Of a stretch of 64,000 nt of DNA, positions 37,563-46,967 are shown one piece after another. Origin of the DNA: a virus; the IMG/VR virus record IMGVR_UViG_3300005253_000946. The stretch is one strand, 5' to 3'. Every line of letters begins with the position of its first letter. Position 1 is the stretch's first letter. A model generated the notes under the pieces. The model had not been told where the DNA came from. It saw only the letters and a program-made list of their open reading frames with translations, and searched no databases. Made by a program: the position numbers and the translations under genes.

Positions 37563-38835
37563 TACCTATCCCTGTTTGTCTAACATTAGAAAGTTCTAAG
37601 ATATAATGATGGGCATAATCTCTAAACTTTCTATACTTATTGAGGTCTGCTAATAGGTCTCCCTTACTTGTCCATACCATAGAGTGACCTTCCGGGAGCT
37701 TGTCTTTAAAGAACACTTTATGTTCTTTGACTATCTCATTGCTCCTACCTTTAATTTTAAACAATCCGAATCTATCGCCTGCAGTACGTATACTCATCGC
37801 CAGGTTTATAGAACCTACTGGTAAGTTATGAGGGTTCTTCCTATTTAATATAAGCTCGATACTAGTTATCCCGCCTTCAGGAGCACCGTTCTTAGATTTA
37901 CCGATGTGTATTCTGATCTCTTTCCCCCACAAGTGATAAGTTTTAGGATCGTTTTTAGTGCCATCATAAAGCTTTCCTGACTCTATGTGGGAGAATTCTA
38001 CATCCAGAGAAGCTATATGTTTCCAAGCGTTACCTCCCGGTGAACTTTTTGTAGGTCCTCTGCCCATCGTATTAATCTTTTCTCGGAACTGATTAACACC
38101 TAATACTGTAGTTCTGTTAGGTTCACCGTCGTCTGCTTTCATATTAAGAGCTGAGTGTAGCTTCTTAGTAAAAGAAGTCATCATTAGAGGAACACCGTCA
38201 CCAGGTTTTTCGCCGCCAAGATCTACTTCCATTGCATGTCTGGTAGTCAATGCTCCAATTGAATCTAAGATTATCAAATCGAAAGTACCCGACATTACCC
38301 AGTCAAGAAGTATCTGCAGTTGGTCCTCACCTGTTAGTGCATGGACTTCGTAGAATGCTCCTATCTGACTTCTAAGAGTAGCTAGGACAGCTTTACTAAA
38401 TTGAGCACCACGTACTTTCTCCATATTGGCTATCTCTTCGTCGCTGTATGCTACAAGGAACCCGTTACGTCTAGCCCAAGGTTTGTCTATTGGGTGCTCA
38501 ACAGCTATATGACCTATGACAGCATACCCACCGAACTTCTTCTGAACCTCTGCAGCGTGTCTGTAGGCGGCTGTAGTCTTAGCACAAGAAGGCTTACCTT
38601 TATATTGAACCACAGCTCCGTCAGGTAGACCTCCTCCCACTATAAGATCTAGTCCTAGAAGGCCTGTAGAAGTCCTCTCAGTGAACGTGTTGACCATCTC
38701 ATCAGCAGTTACTATCTCTGCCTTAATCTTACGCTTCTTGAGTTCAGCGTTCTGCTGATCTACTAAATCCTGTGCAGCTTTAAATTTAGAAGCTCTTCGG
38801 CTGACAGGGGTTTTACTTTTTGTCCTTGGCGACAT
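37513..38835 (-). CDS. recA: RecA/UvsX-like recombinase
   Basis: STGLLGLDLIVGGGLP.G, variant Walker A GKPSCAKTT, Walker B LIILDSIGAL, NQFREKI, SPGGNAWKH. Confidence 0.9.
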   Translation of the reverse strand: MSPRTKSKTPVSRRASKFKAAQDLVDQQNAELKKRKIKAEIVTADEMVNTFTERTSTGLLGLDLIVGGGLPDGAVVQYKGKPSCAKTTAAYRHAAEVQKKFGGYAVIGHIAVEHPIDKPWARRNGFLVAYSDEEIANMEKVRGAQFSKAVLATLRSQIGAFYEVHALTGEDQLQILLDWVMSGTFDLIILDSIGALTTRHAMEVDLGGEKPGDGVPLMMTSFTKKLHSALNMKADDGEPNRTTVLGVNQFREKINTMGRGPTKSSPGGNAWKHIASLDVEFSHIESGKLYDGTKNDPKTYHLWGKEIRIHIGKSKNGAPEGGITSIELILNRKNPHNLPVGSINLAMSIRTAGDRFGLFKIKGRSNEIVKEHKVFFKDKLPEGHSMVWTSKGDLLADLNKYRKFRDYAHHYILELSNVRQTGIGIEEDDEPQEEEVGQAD

Positions 38836-38992
38836 TCTTTGATCCCTTCTCTAAAGGTTCGGTTCCGTGGACAGGGCATTTCATAACCTGTCCGTGTTGT
38901 TCCATTTTTACTCCACATTCGGGACATAATACGTCCGATGTTCCTTGTTTAGTAAGATCATCTTGACCTTGATCTACTCCTAATTTTTCCAT
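38813..38992 (-). CDS. Small zinc-finger protein (59 aa, not in the ORF track)
   Basis: MEKLGVDQGQDDLTKQGTSDVLCPECGVKMEQHGQVMKCPVHGTEPLEKGSKNVAKDKK*. CxxC..CxxH. AGGA SD. Confidence 0.7.
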   Translation of the reverse strand: MEKLGVDQGQDDLTKQGTSDVLCPECGVKMEQHGQVMKCPVHGTEPLEKGSKNVAKDKK

Positions 38993-38995
38993 GAT

Positions 38996-39238
38996 TTATC
39001 CTTTCTTCTTCTGTTTAGGTTTAGTCTCTTTAACTACAGAGACTTCTACTTCAGGTTCGACTATAGCATTTTCTGGTATAGTCACAGAAGCTACAGGAAA
39101 GGCTCTATTAAGAAATCCTTTAGGTAGATTCAGTTTGACCTGTACTGCATACTCTCCAGCCTTCAGACTAGGTTTATTTCTTGTCTGACGTTTAATACCA
39201 GACTCAGAGAAGATTAGGTAACACATATATGTTTTCAT
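38996..39238 (-). CDS. Hypothetical protein
   Basis: 80 aa from the ATG at 39238, which has an AAGGAG SD. The track start at 39271 is probably too far upstream. Confidence 0.6.
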   Translation of the reverse strand: MKTYMCYLIFSESGIKRQTRNKPSLKAGEYAVQVKLNLPKGFLNRAFPVASVTIPENAIVEPEVEVSVVKETKPKQKKKG

Positions 39239-39248
39239 AATTGACTCC

Positions 39249-41261
39249 TTAATGGGCATCAGCCCATGCATAAGCTTTGTGGATATCGACTACTAGAGGG
39301 ATTGTGAGGATGTCAGAGAACTGTGAAATCATAATTTTCTCAATGATTTCCATAGCTTCGTCTGCTCTCTCATCGTCTGGCATGTAGAACACTAGTTCAT
39401 CATGTACTTGGAGTAACATCTCAACTTCTAGTTCACGTAAACGTTCATTATTCTCTATTTCGATCATGGCGCATTTGATGATGTCTGCTGCAGAACCTTG
39501 AGGTAAGAAGTTTACAGCTTGTCGAAAGATACTCGCCCTCTCCTGCATGGATTTGTAGGTCTCTCTAGTGACACCATCCTTATTTGCGAAGACTGAATCA
39601 GGTACGTTTAAACGGCGGTACCTTCCTAATAGAGAGAACACCCGGCCTTGTGTCTCTGCTTCCATCTGTACATCAAGGATCCACTCATACACCATCGGGT
39701 AGCCGTCAAAGTATTTCTTCCTAGCTTCTTGAGCAGCTTGCTTGTCAGGACGTTTCTCTACTCTACCGGTTTCTTTATCTGTGTACTCGACAAACTTTCC
39801 TAAATTAGCGGCCATCGAATTATCTTGCTGACCATAAGTAACAGCTAGATTGGTAATCTTTCCCTGGTTTCTGAACTCCAATAGTTCCTTCTGTTTAGGA
39901 GTTAGCTGCTCCCCACTCTCTTTTGCGTTCTTAGCTGAGATAACTTCATCATAGTCTTGGCCGTACATAAGAGCTGCTGTGTAGCTGTGGTTATCTAGGC
40001 CATCTCTAATAGCTGATAGCATATTCTCGTCTTGACTGAAGTGTGCAGTAAGACGTGGTTCTATCTGCCCATAGTCAGCAGCAACTAGAACGCGACCAGG
40101 AGGTGGTACAAAAGCTTTTCTAAGACCAAACTGATCAGACCCAGGTCTTGGTACATTCTGCAGGTTTGGTTGAGAGCTTGAGAGTCTCCCTGTAGTAGCA
40201 CCACCCTGGTTAAAGCTCGTGTGTATCCGATGCTCTATGTGATCTTTAGCATTTCTAGTAAGACCATCAGAGTAAGTTCCTTTTGCTTTAGAGAGTTCCC
40301 TGTGTTCCAACAATAGTTTCACAGGCTCGTATCCTCTTTCAGCTAAGTCTTCTAATACACCGGCAGCTGTCGATGGCTGTTTATTTCCTGACTTACCTCC
40401 TTTAGTCCATTTGAGAATAGGCAAACCGAAACCTTTAGCATCAGCATCATCTTCTGGGTTAACATCTCCGTACAATGCTCCTATTAATTGTGTAGGTGAA
40501 TTCAAGTTTACAATTCTACCTAGCAATTTAGTAAACTCTCGTTCTATTTCGGTGATACGCTTAGCCATCTTCTTACCGACTTCGGCCAACATATCAATAT
40601 CGACAGAGATACCTCTACGTTCCATATTCCAAAGTACGCGAGTGTATGGTACTTCGTACTGTACGTAGTAATCCCAGTAGGTGCTGTCTTGCCAATCTAT
40701 GAGCTTTAACAGGATACGAAGGCACCTGAATAACATGTAGGTAGCCCAAGCATCTTTTGTGGCATAATCGGTTAGCACGTCAGGCTTAACTTTATGTAAC
40801 GGAACATTCCCGAACAGCTTTTTAAAAGAGACCATCTGTAGACCTAGATAATCAGTGGCACAACTCTTAAGGTTATGACTACCGTAGCGGTTCTCGTCTA
40901 CTAAACAATCCATCATAAAGGTATCGTAGAGTATGCCGCCTAACATAATTCCGTGATTGGCAAAGACGTGCATATCGTACTTAGCATTGTGCATTATGAG
41001 GTCGACAGATGGATCTTCTAACCACTTCTTCATCATATGTACTGTGCGTCTAGTAAGGAGAATCCTATTCTTAATCCCCCAACACATCGACCAACAGTAA
41101 ATTCTATCTTTACCTACTGCCGATACTTTTTTCTTTACAGATTCGCCGTCAGTTTCTGTATCAATCGCAACCAATTTTACATCTACAAGCTGCTCAAGTA
41201 ACCAGTCTACCTCTTCTCTAGTATCTATAATTATTGGGTCAGGAAGTTTTACAAACTTCAT
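39249..41261 (-). CDS. polA: Family A DNA polymerase (3'-5' exonuclease plus polymerase; no 5'-3' exonuclease)
   Basis: AIDTETDG, HNAKYD, TGRLSSSQPNLQNVP, motif A ADYGQIEPR, motif B RNQGKITNLAVTYG, PQGSAAD, motif C LLQVHDELVF. Confidence 0.97.
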   Translation of the reverse strand: MKFVKLPDPIIIDTREEVDWLLEQLVDVKLVAIDTETDGESVKKKVSAVGKDRIYCWSMCWGIKNRILLTRRTVHMMKKWLEDPSVDLIMHNAKYDMHVFANHGIMLGGILYDTFMMDCLVDENRYGSHNLKSCATDYLGLQMVSFKKLFGNVPLHKVKPDVLTDYATKDAWATYMLFRCLRILLKLIDWQDSTYWDYYVQYEVPYTRVLWNMERRGISVDIDMLAEVGKKMAKRITEIEREFTKLLGRIVNLNSPTQLIGALYGDVNPEDDADAKGFGLPILKWTKGGKSGNKQPSTAAGVLEDLAERGYEPVKLLLEHRELSKAKGTYSDGLTRNAKDHIEHRIHTSFNQGGATTGRLSSSQPNLQNVPRPGSDQFGLRKAFVPPPGRVLVAADYGQIEPRLTAHFSQDENMLSAIRDGLDNHSYTAALMYGQDYDEVISAKNAKESGEQLTPKQKELLEFRNQGKITNLAVTYGQQDNSMAANLGKFVEYTDKETGRVEKRPDKQAAQEARKKYFDGYPMVYEWILDVQMEAETQGRVFSLLGRYRRLNVPDSVFANKDGVTRETYKSMQERASIFRQAVNFLPQGSAADIIKCAMIEIENNERLRELEVEMLLQVHDELVFYMPDDERADEAMEIIEKIMISQFSDILTIPLVVDIHKAYAWADAH

Positions 41262-41262
41262 A

Positions 41263-41778
41263 TTATACCTCTTGTAGAAGTTTTGAGAGTGCGTCTTTAT
41301 CAGCCCATAACTTTTTTTGTATCTCGTATGGGTATTCTAAGGGTTTGATTAGTCCTAGTAAGTCTTTACCTCTCACTAAGAGTGGAGAAGTTATTGAGGC
41401 TTGCCTGTACAACTTAATTTGTAGTTGTGGATTGATAGCTATAGTCCTAAACATCTCAGACCGTATTGGGGTATACAGCTTGTTATTTCCGATGTCCGTT
41501 CTGACTGTGTCTGTTTTACCTAAACCTAATTCTTCATATGCAGGGAGAGACAATACTTCACTTTTAAGGTCTTTACGTTGAGCTATAACTGCCACATCCA
41601 GTTCTACATTACTTCTGTATTTAGAGACTGTTTGTAGGAAGTCTTCTTTGACTTCTACTCCGGTCAATGTGTCTAGTTCTTCTAGAGCTTCGGCTAACCT
41701 TGTACAGAATCTAGCGGAATGTTCTTTAAGAGCAACTAGCTCAAACGAATCCGCCACAAAAGTTTGTGGGGTAAACAT
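41263..41778 (-). CDS. Hypothetical protein
   Basis: 171 aa, AGGAG SD. Confidence 0.65.
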   Translation of the reverse strand: MFTPQTFVADSFELVALKEHSARFCTRLAEALEELDTLTGVEVKEDFLQTVSKYRSNVELDVAVIAQRKDLKSEVLSLPAYEELGLGKTDTVRTDIGNNKLYTPIRSEMFRTIAINPQLQIKLYRQASITSPLLVRGKDLLGLIKPLEYPYEIQKKLWADKDALSKLLQEV

Positions 41779-41796
41779 TAATTAACTCCTGGAAGA

Positions 41797-41826
41797 AGAT
41801 AGGGGTAGGAAAACCTACCCCTATCT
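41797..41826 (-). terminator. Perfect 13-bp hairpin after the SSB gene (terminator or mRNA-stabilising element)
   Basis: AGATAGGGGTAGG-AAAA-CCTACCCCTATCT. Weak U-tract (TCTT) on the - strand, just before the next gene's SD. Confidence 0.6.
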
Positions 41827-41841
41827 AGATCGTCGTGTGGT

Positions 41842-42834
41842 TTAGTAATTTGACGACTTACTACCCTCGAAGATATTTGGTTCTCCGAGTATAGCAGCTT
41901 GCTCGTCTAGTGTTGGCGCTACCAATATGCTTTGGAACTCGAACAACTCGATATGTTGTTTGAACTCCTTACCAAGCCTTCCTGTCTGACCCGATTTCTG
42001 GAGTTGTAACGCCGATTGTGTACCTTCACCGGCTTTCTTTATGTGTACGTCGACATCATAAATCTCGGTGCGTTCAGGATTATCACAACTTTCACAGTCT
42101 ATGACTTCCTCCGGTGTACCTTCGTAGTCACAGTGAGAACAAGAACCCTCACGACCAGAGAACTCATTAATTTCTTTGGGTGACCATTCAGTTAGATCGT
42201 CAGCAGAAACTATCTCTCCTTCACAGGCTGGACAGTCAAAAGATACTACATGGATATCTCCTCCACAACTTCTGCAGGTTTTACCTATGTGTTCTTGAAA
42301 CTCTCCGAGGTGCGACAGGTGTGATGGTCCGAGAGTTAACATACGGGCACCAGCGATAGTCATGTCCATATCCTTCTCGCAACTGCCTTTACAGGGTCTG
42401 GACATGGTACAGGGTTCGAAACGAGGCTTCTTACTAGAATCGTCGTTAGGCTTTAGATGCCCTACTGTATAGTCGATCAGTTGTAGGGGAGTCATAATCC
42501 TAAACGGACTGATGTGTTTTTTACCTGCAGATGCGTAATGGCAGCTAAGGCATCTTCCTTGCTTGTCTGTATCTGTCGAGCAGATCATGTTAAAGCCTTT
42601 ACGTTTACCATCTTTGCTGGGTCTGTTGATCCAATGCTCTTTATAGGAGAAGAGATCTGTATCTATACCGTCACCGTAAGGGACTTCGATGGTAATCTCG
42701 TTCTTTATAAATCTGACCTTGGCTGAGTCAGAATCTTTCTTTGGTGGCCAGAATGCGGGGATTCCGTGCCACTTAGGAAAATTACCTCCAGAACCTTTTA
42801 GATTCTTTTGTGCCTTGGTTTTGAACTTGTTCAT
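41842..42834 (-). CDS. Putative single-stranded DNA-binding protein (T4 gp32-like) with Cys-rich zinc modules
   Basis: KVRF..YKEHWI..GFNMICS..RCLSC; YDVDVHIKKAGEGTQS. Next to primase. 14 Cys. Confidence 0.6.
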   Translation of the reverse strand: MNKFKTKAQKNLKGSGGNFPKWHGIPAFWPPKKDSDSAKVRFIKNEITIEVPYGDGIDTDLFSYKEHWINRPSKDGKRKGFNMICSTDTDKQGRCLSCHYASAGKKHISPFRIMTPLQLIDYTVGHLKPNDDSSKKPRFEPCTMSRPCKGSCEKDMDMTIAGARMLTLGPSHLSHLGEFQEHIGKTCRSCGGDIHVVSFDCPACEGEIVSADDLTEWSPKEINEFSGREGSCSHCDYEGTPEEVIDCESCDNPERTEIYDVDVHIKKAGEGTQSALQLQKSGQTGRLGKEFKQHIELFEFQSILVAPTLDEQAAILGEPNIFEGSKSSNY

Positions 42835-43873
42835 TTAGTTGGTTCCTTTTCTTTCTCTTGGTTTGTGTTTTATAGACCAATGGGGTCACCGTTTGTTTTA
42901 AGAGAGTTTCTATATCTGTTCTAGTCATACCAGCTTTAACTTCTCCTTGTGCATCGATTTCTGGTGCAGCATCTTTCCTGTGTTCTGGATATGATGCTAT
43001 CTCTACCCTTATACCAGCTCGTTTTAGAAGTCTACCTAAAGATCTGAGAGTCCCTTCCTGACCTGCTTCGTCGTTATCTAATGCCAGTATTACTTTCAAA
43101 TCAAACATACCTAGTAGCTCCAGCTGTCGATTTGTAATAACCGAAGTCAATGTAGCGACTACGTTGTGCACACCTTTCTGCCAAAGCCATATACAATCTT
43201 TCTGACCTTCTACTACAACTATCTCTTTAAGATCTCCTAAGAGTAACTTAGGATAGACTCTGTGAAGATTATATAGATAACCGCCCTTGATAATTTTGTC
43301 TTTACTAGCTTCTACGATATCGTACAAGTGGTCATACATCACTAGTTGTGGGACTATATTAGGTAAAATAGTTTTTGCATAAACGATACGTAAGTTACCC
43401 TGATGATCTCTCACTGGGTAAGTTATTCGATACCCTTTATTGTCAAAACCTACTTCAAATCTCTGAAGCACTTCTTTTTTGAAACCCATCTCGATAAGGT
43501 TTGTAGGACAAAAGTCATACAGACCTAAGTAGGATTCTGGGATAACAGGGGCCTCAATTAATTCGTAACGTTCGTTCTTCCTTCTTATACGCTTCTTTAT
43601 GTCTTTGTCTTGAGTGTCTTCTGATATAATTTTAGCTGCTCTGTTGATTACAGATGTCGGTGAGTTCATTAATTTCAATAGGTACTGGAATGGACCTGCA
43701 GTATGGCATCCGTAACAGTTAAAGACTCCTTCATGAATATTTAAGGTAAAACTAGGCGTATTATCGTCATGCCAAGGAAAAGGACATCTCGATATAACGT
43801 TACCACTAGAGGTCACTTTATACCCATCTAGGTTGGATTCAGAGAAACCATATACCAGATCTTCTATACTCAC
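42782..43873 (-). CDS. dnaG: DNA primase (CHC2 zinc finger plus TOPRIM)
   Basis: RCPFPWHDDNTPSF..FNCYGC; VVVEGQKDC; LALDNDEAGQEG. Confidence 0.9.
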   Translation of the reverse strand: MSIEDLVYGFSESNLDGYKVTSSGNVISRCPFPWHDDNTPSFTLNIHEGVFNCYGCHTAGPFQYLLKLMNSPTSVINRAAKIISEDTQDKDIKKRIRRKNERYELIEAPVIPESYLGLYDFCPTNLIEMGFKKEVLQRFEVGFDNKGYRITYPVRDHQGNLRIVYAKTILPNIVPQLVMYDHLYDIVEASKDKIIKGGYLYNLHRVYPKLLLGDLKEIVVVEGQKDCIWLWQKGVHNVVATLTSVITNRQLELLGMFDLKVILALDNDEAGQEGTLRSLGRLLKRAGIRVEIASYPEHRKDAAPEIDAQGEVKAGMTRTDIETLLKQTVTPLVYKTQTKRKKRNQLNEQVQNQGTKESKRFWR

Positions 43874-45249
43874 TTAGGTTTTTTCCTTCTACCCATCTCT
43901 ACTGTTAAGTCCATATCACTTTCGTCGAACTCTCCTGGGTTATATACATCTGCCGTACGTTTCTCATTAACACCATCTTTCCGGTTCTGGTCTTCTTCGT
44001 AGTTTTCTTCAATCAGGCCTAAGAATCTTAGGTCTTGAGCCAGCCTAGCTCTTGCTCTAAATCCGTATAGAGCAGTCTCTCTGGCACCAGTTAGTACCCA
44101 ATCTATGTAGCCCTCACTTTTGTTGAACCGTAGTCTGATAATCAGATCGGCATCCTGACCAAAACTGTCTGCGTACGCTATATCATCTACATCAGACCCA
44201 CCTTTATTTTTAGCTTTAACTGCAGACCTATTTTGTTGGGTAGTACCTATTATAGGTATTTTTGTGGACTGAGCTAACTCTTTAAGGTCTTGAGTGATGT
44301 TATACATAGCTCTCCAGTCAGAAGTCTTACTGGTGCTACGGTCATCGCGCATAAGATAGATACCGTCTAAGAACACTATGTCTGGAGAGACCTCTTCAAT
44401 TTTAGCTCTTAATGCTGTTACACCGCCGCCAGACTGTCTTCTACGACCTCCGCTTTTTTGGGCGCTGATAATCAACCGTTTGTTCTTAGAGATATCTTTT
44501 ACTACTTGATTGAAACGCTGTTCTTCCAGAGTAGTGAGTTTACCTTGTCTGAATCGTCGGTAATCAAGTTTAGCAATAATGGCAGCACACCTACGCATTA
44601 AAGCCTTTTTAGACATCTCCTTTGTCTCTATTAACGTTTTATAACCTCTCTCAAACTTATGTACTGCCTCAGCTAGTAGCATCCATGTCTTCGCATTTTT
44701 AGGACGAGCGTAAAAAACAATAAAATCTTCTTCGTGTATACCACCCAACTCGGTGTTTAGAATGTCGAATCTCCACGGTATACCCGTGAGTCCTTTCTGC
44801 TCCTTAACCATGTAGTACTCTTCTTGTACTTCACTCATCCCATCGCCTATAACCATATCATCTGGATCGGAGTACCTACCAGAAAGAGTAGTAGACCCTG
44901 CCTGTAGCCTATCTAATGCAGAGAATGGTTCAGCTTCTACTACTTCAGCTATAGAAACTTGTAGATTGTTTATATCATTTTCCAGCAGAGCAGACTGGAC
45001 TTGGTCTAGAATAGCTTCCAGGGAATCTCTAGTAGGCCTAGGTAGTTCGACAGGACCCATCTTTTCAAAGAACATCTCTTTTGAAAGTACTGTACCAAAA
45101 TCTATATAGTTGGTCAGTATTTTCTCTAGAGCTTCGGAACAGTTTGGATTAGTCAGGTCAGCGGGTGTAATTCCTCGTCTGATAACCTCTTTCAGTTGTC
45201 CACTATAAATTATCTTACTGATTAAGAGTAGCTCCCAGTTAACCGGCAT
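43870..45249 (-). CDS. dnaB: Replicative DnaB-like helicase
   Basis: Variant Walker A ARPKNAKT, ETKEM, VFLDGIYLM, GTTQQNR, DIAYADSFGQDAD. Adjacent to primase. Confidence 0.85.
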   Translation of the reverse strand: MPVNWELLLISKIIYSGQLKEVIRRGITPADLTNPNCSEALEKILTNYIDFGTVLSKEMFFEKMGPVELPRPTRDSLEAILDQVQSALLENDINNLQVSIAEVVEAEPFSALDRLQAGSTTLSGRYSDPDDMVIGDGMSEVQEEYYMVKEQKGLTGIPWRFDILNTELGGIHEEDFIVFYARPKNAKTWMLLAEAVHKFERGYKTLIETKEMSKKALMRRCAAIIAKLDYRRFRQGKLTTLEEQRFNQVVKDISKNKRLIISAQKSGGRRRQSGGGVTALRAKIEEVSPDIVFLDGIYLMRDDRSTSKTSDWRAMYNITQDLKELAQSTKIPIIGTTQQNRSAVKAKNKGGSDVDDIAYADSFGQDADLIIRLRFNKSEGYIDWVLTGARETALYGFRARARLAQDLRFLGLIEENYEEDQNRKDGVNEKRTADVYNPGEFDESDMDLTVEMGRRKKPK

Positions 45250-45586
45250 CTAATTCAGACTCCTCAAAGTGTGCAAAGATGTCCTCTCCTGTTATTTCTT
45301 CTGCTTTACGCCTCAAATCTGTCTTTTTCCTCAAATCAATAGTTAGTTCTTCTGCGGTAGCCGGTGACACATCTTCGAATAAGACAGGTAGCAGTTCGTT
45401 GATCGCACTTTTTACTAATACCAGTATAGCATCGTGTACTTCTTTGGATGTTAGAGAAGGCCATGTACCGGCTCCGTATGATACTCCTTTATCATCTATC
45501 AATTCATACTCACAATTAGTGGTACCTGATTTGGCATTTATGTGGACAGACGAAAGCCTTATTCCAGTAATTTTAGATGCACTCAT
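45239..45586 (-). CDS. Hypothetical protein
   Basis: 115 aa, overlaps both neighbours. Confidence 0.6.
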   Translation of the reverse strand: MSASKITGIRLSSVHINAKSGTTNCEYELIDDKGVSYGAGTWPSLTSKEVHDAILVLVKSAINELLPVLFEDVSPATAEELTIDLRKKTDLRRKAEEITGEDIFAHFEESELDAG

Positions 45587-45798
45587 TGAGAACCTCCATT
45601 GAGAATGTCTGCCTTGAGAATCTCTAGATCACCCAATAGACTGCTGACACTGGTTTCTGTGTAAGCTATAAGGTGCTCTCCGTCTTTTGTTAAACCAATT
45701 ATAGCCACACGTTCTAATTCATCTTCGTGAGCAGATAGGAAGCCTACAACTCTCTCAGTAGACTTAGGTCTCAACTTAACTATGCTGTTGTTCGACAT
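45583..45798 (-). CDS. Hypothetical protein
   Basis: 71 aa from the ATG at 45798 (GGAGAAGG upstream). RVAIIGLTKDGEHLIAY. Confidence 0.55.
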   Translation of the reverse strand: MSNNSIVKLRPKSTERVVGFLSAHEDELERVAIIGLTKDGEHLIAYTETSVSSLLGDLEILKADILNGGSQ

Positions 45799-46231
45799 GC
45801 ACCTTCTCCTCAATTGTGACTGCCACACTACTGACTTTTACAGTTATAAAGTCCGACAGGTCAATATTGTTATTGTCTGCCCATATAGTTAAGGCTTTAG
45901 GATTTGCTTCTTTCACTATAATAGAGGTGTCTTTACCTTCTACGTCTATAGTCTCGGTTTCTAGACCAGGGAATTTCTTTAACAAAGCTTTTACATCAAT
46001 TATCTTGGTCTTTCTTTCTGTTAATTTGAACTCAATATCATCAAACGCTCTAGCGATCCCTTTTGACTTCACCCAAGTTTTTGACTTTTCCTCAAGTGTT
46101 TTAAGTTCATTAAGTATCAGGGTGTATTCTTCTAGAATATCTGCATTATCTTCTTCGAAACCCCGTACACGCTTCAGAGCCTTTATGTGTTCCTTAATCG
46201 GTTTAGGAATTAGTTTGTCTATCCTTCCCAT
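45776..46231 (-). CDS. Hypothetical phage protein
   Basis: 151 aa with AAGGA SD. Confidence 0.6.
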   Translation of the reverse strand: MGRIDKLIPKPIKEHIKALKRVRGFEEDNADILEEYTLILNELKTLEEKSKTWVKSKGIARAFDDIEFKLTERKTKIIDVKALLKKFPGLETETIDVEGKDTSIIVKEANPKALTIWADNNNIDLSDFITVKVSSVAVTIEEKVHVEQQHS

Positions 46232-46235
46232 ATCT

Positions 46236-46955
46236 CTATCCTTCCCGTAATTCTGTTATATCTCTTATAGGTATATCAATTTTGTTCTCAATTTTTTGAA
46301 ATGTATCTAGTGATGCCAACATCTTTTGTAGATCGAGAATAGTAGATACTATAGGACCATCTTTTTTGTTCTCACTCGGATTACGTAGTAAGTAAGATGG
46401 GTGAAATATAGGGAAGGCTGGGTAACGAACTGGACCGAACATCCCAGGAATCTCTACTGTATGCATTTCTCCCTTAGAAGATGTTATCTTTTTTTTATCA
46501 CCGAAGAACGCTGAGAGAGCTACGTTCCCTAATAATAAGACTATTAGAGGGTCTATGATGTAAATAGTTTCACACAAACGTTTCCAACAGTTAGTGATCT
46601 CATCTTTGGTGGGCTTCCTGTTACTAGGAGGTCGACACATCACAACATTTGTGGTGTACAAAACTTCAGTTCTGGGAGAATCTTTAGATATTAGACACAC
46701 TTGATGTAATAGTTTGTCTAACATCTTACCAGATGGACCTACGAAAGGTTCTCCTGTTAAATCTTCTTCCAATCCAGGTGCTTCACCTACGATCAGGATA
46801 TTGGCATTTAAGTTGCCCGTACCGAAAACGGTGTTACCTAACTCCTCGTCTTCAATTTTGGAGTCTAGTCTACACTGATACAGGTTCGAGCATTTCTTAC
46901 AATCTTTATACTGGGCTTCAAGTTCTTGTAATCGTTCTTGTTTAGTTAATAGCAC
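46236..46955 (-). CDS. udg: Uracil-DNA glycosylase, family 4 (4Fe-4S)
   Basis: CKKCSNL, VFGTGN..A.ILIVGEAPG..ED.TGEPFVG.SG, TNVVMCRPPSNRKP..EI.NC, FHPSYLLRN. Confidence 0.95.
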   Translation of the reverse strand: MLLTKQERLQELEAQYKDCKKCSNLYQCRLDSKIEDEELGNTVFGTGNLNANILIVGEAPGLEEDLTGEPFVGPSGKMLDKLLHQVCLISKDSPRTEVLYTTNVVMCRPPSNRKPTKDEITNCWKRLCETIYIIDPLIVLLLGNVALSAFFGDKKKITSSKGEMHTVEIPGMFGPVRYPAFPIFHPSYLLRNPSENKKDGPIVSTILDLQKMLASLDTFQKIENKIDIPIRDITELREG

Positions 46956-46967
46956 CCTTTTTTCCTC

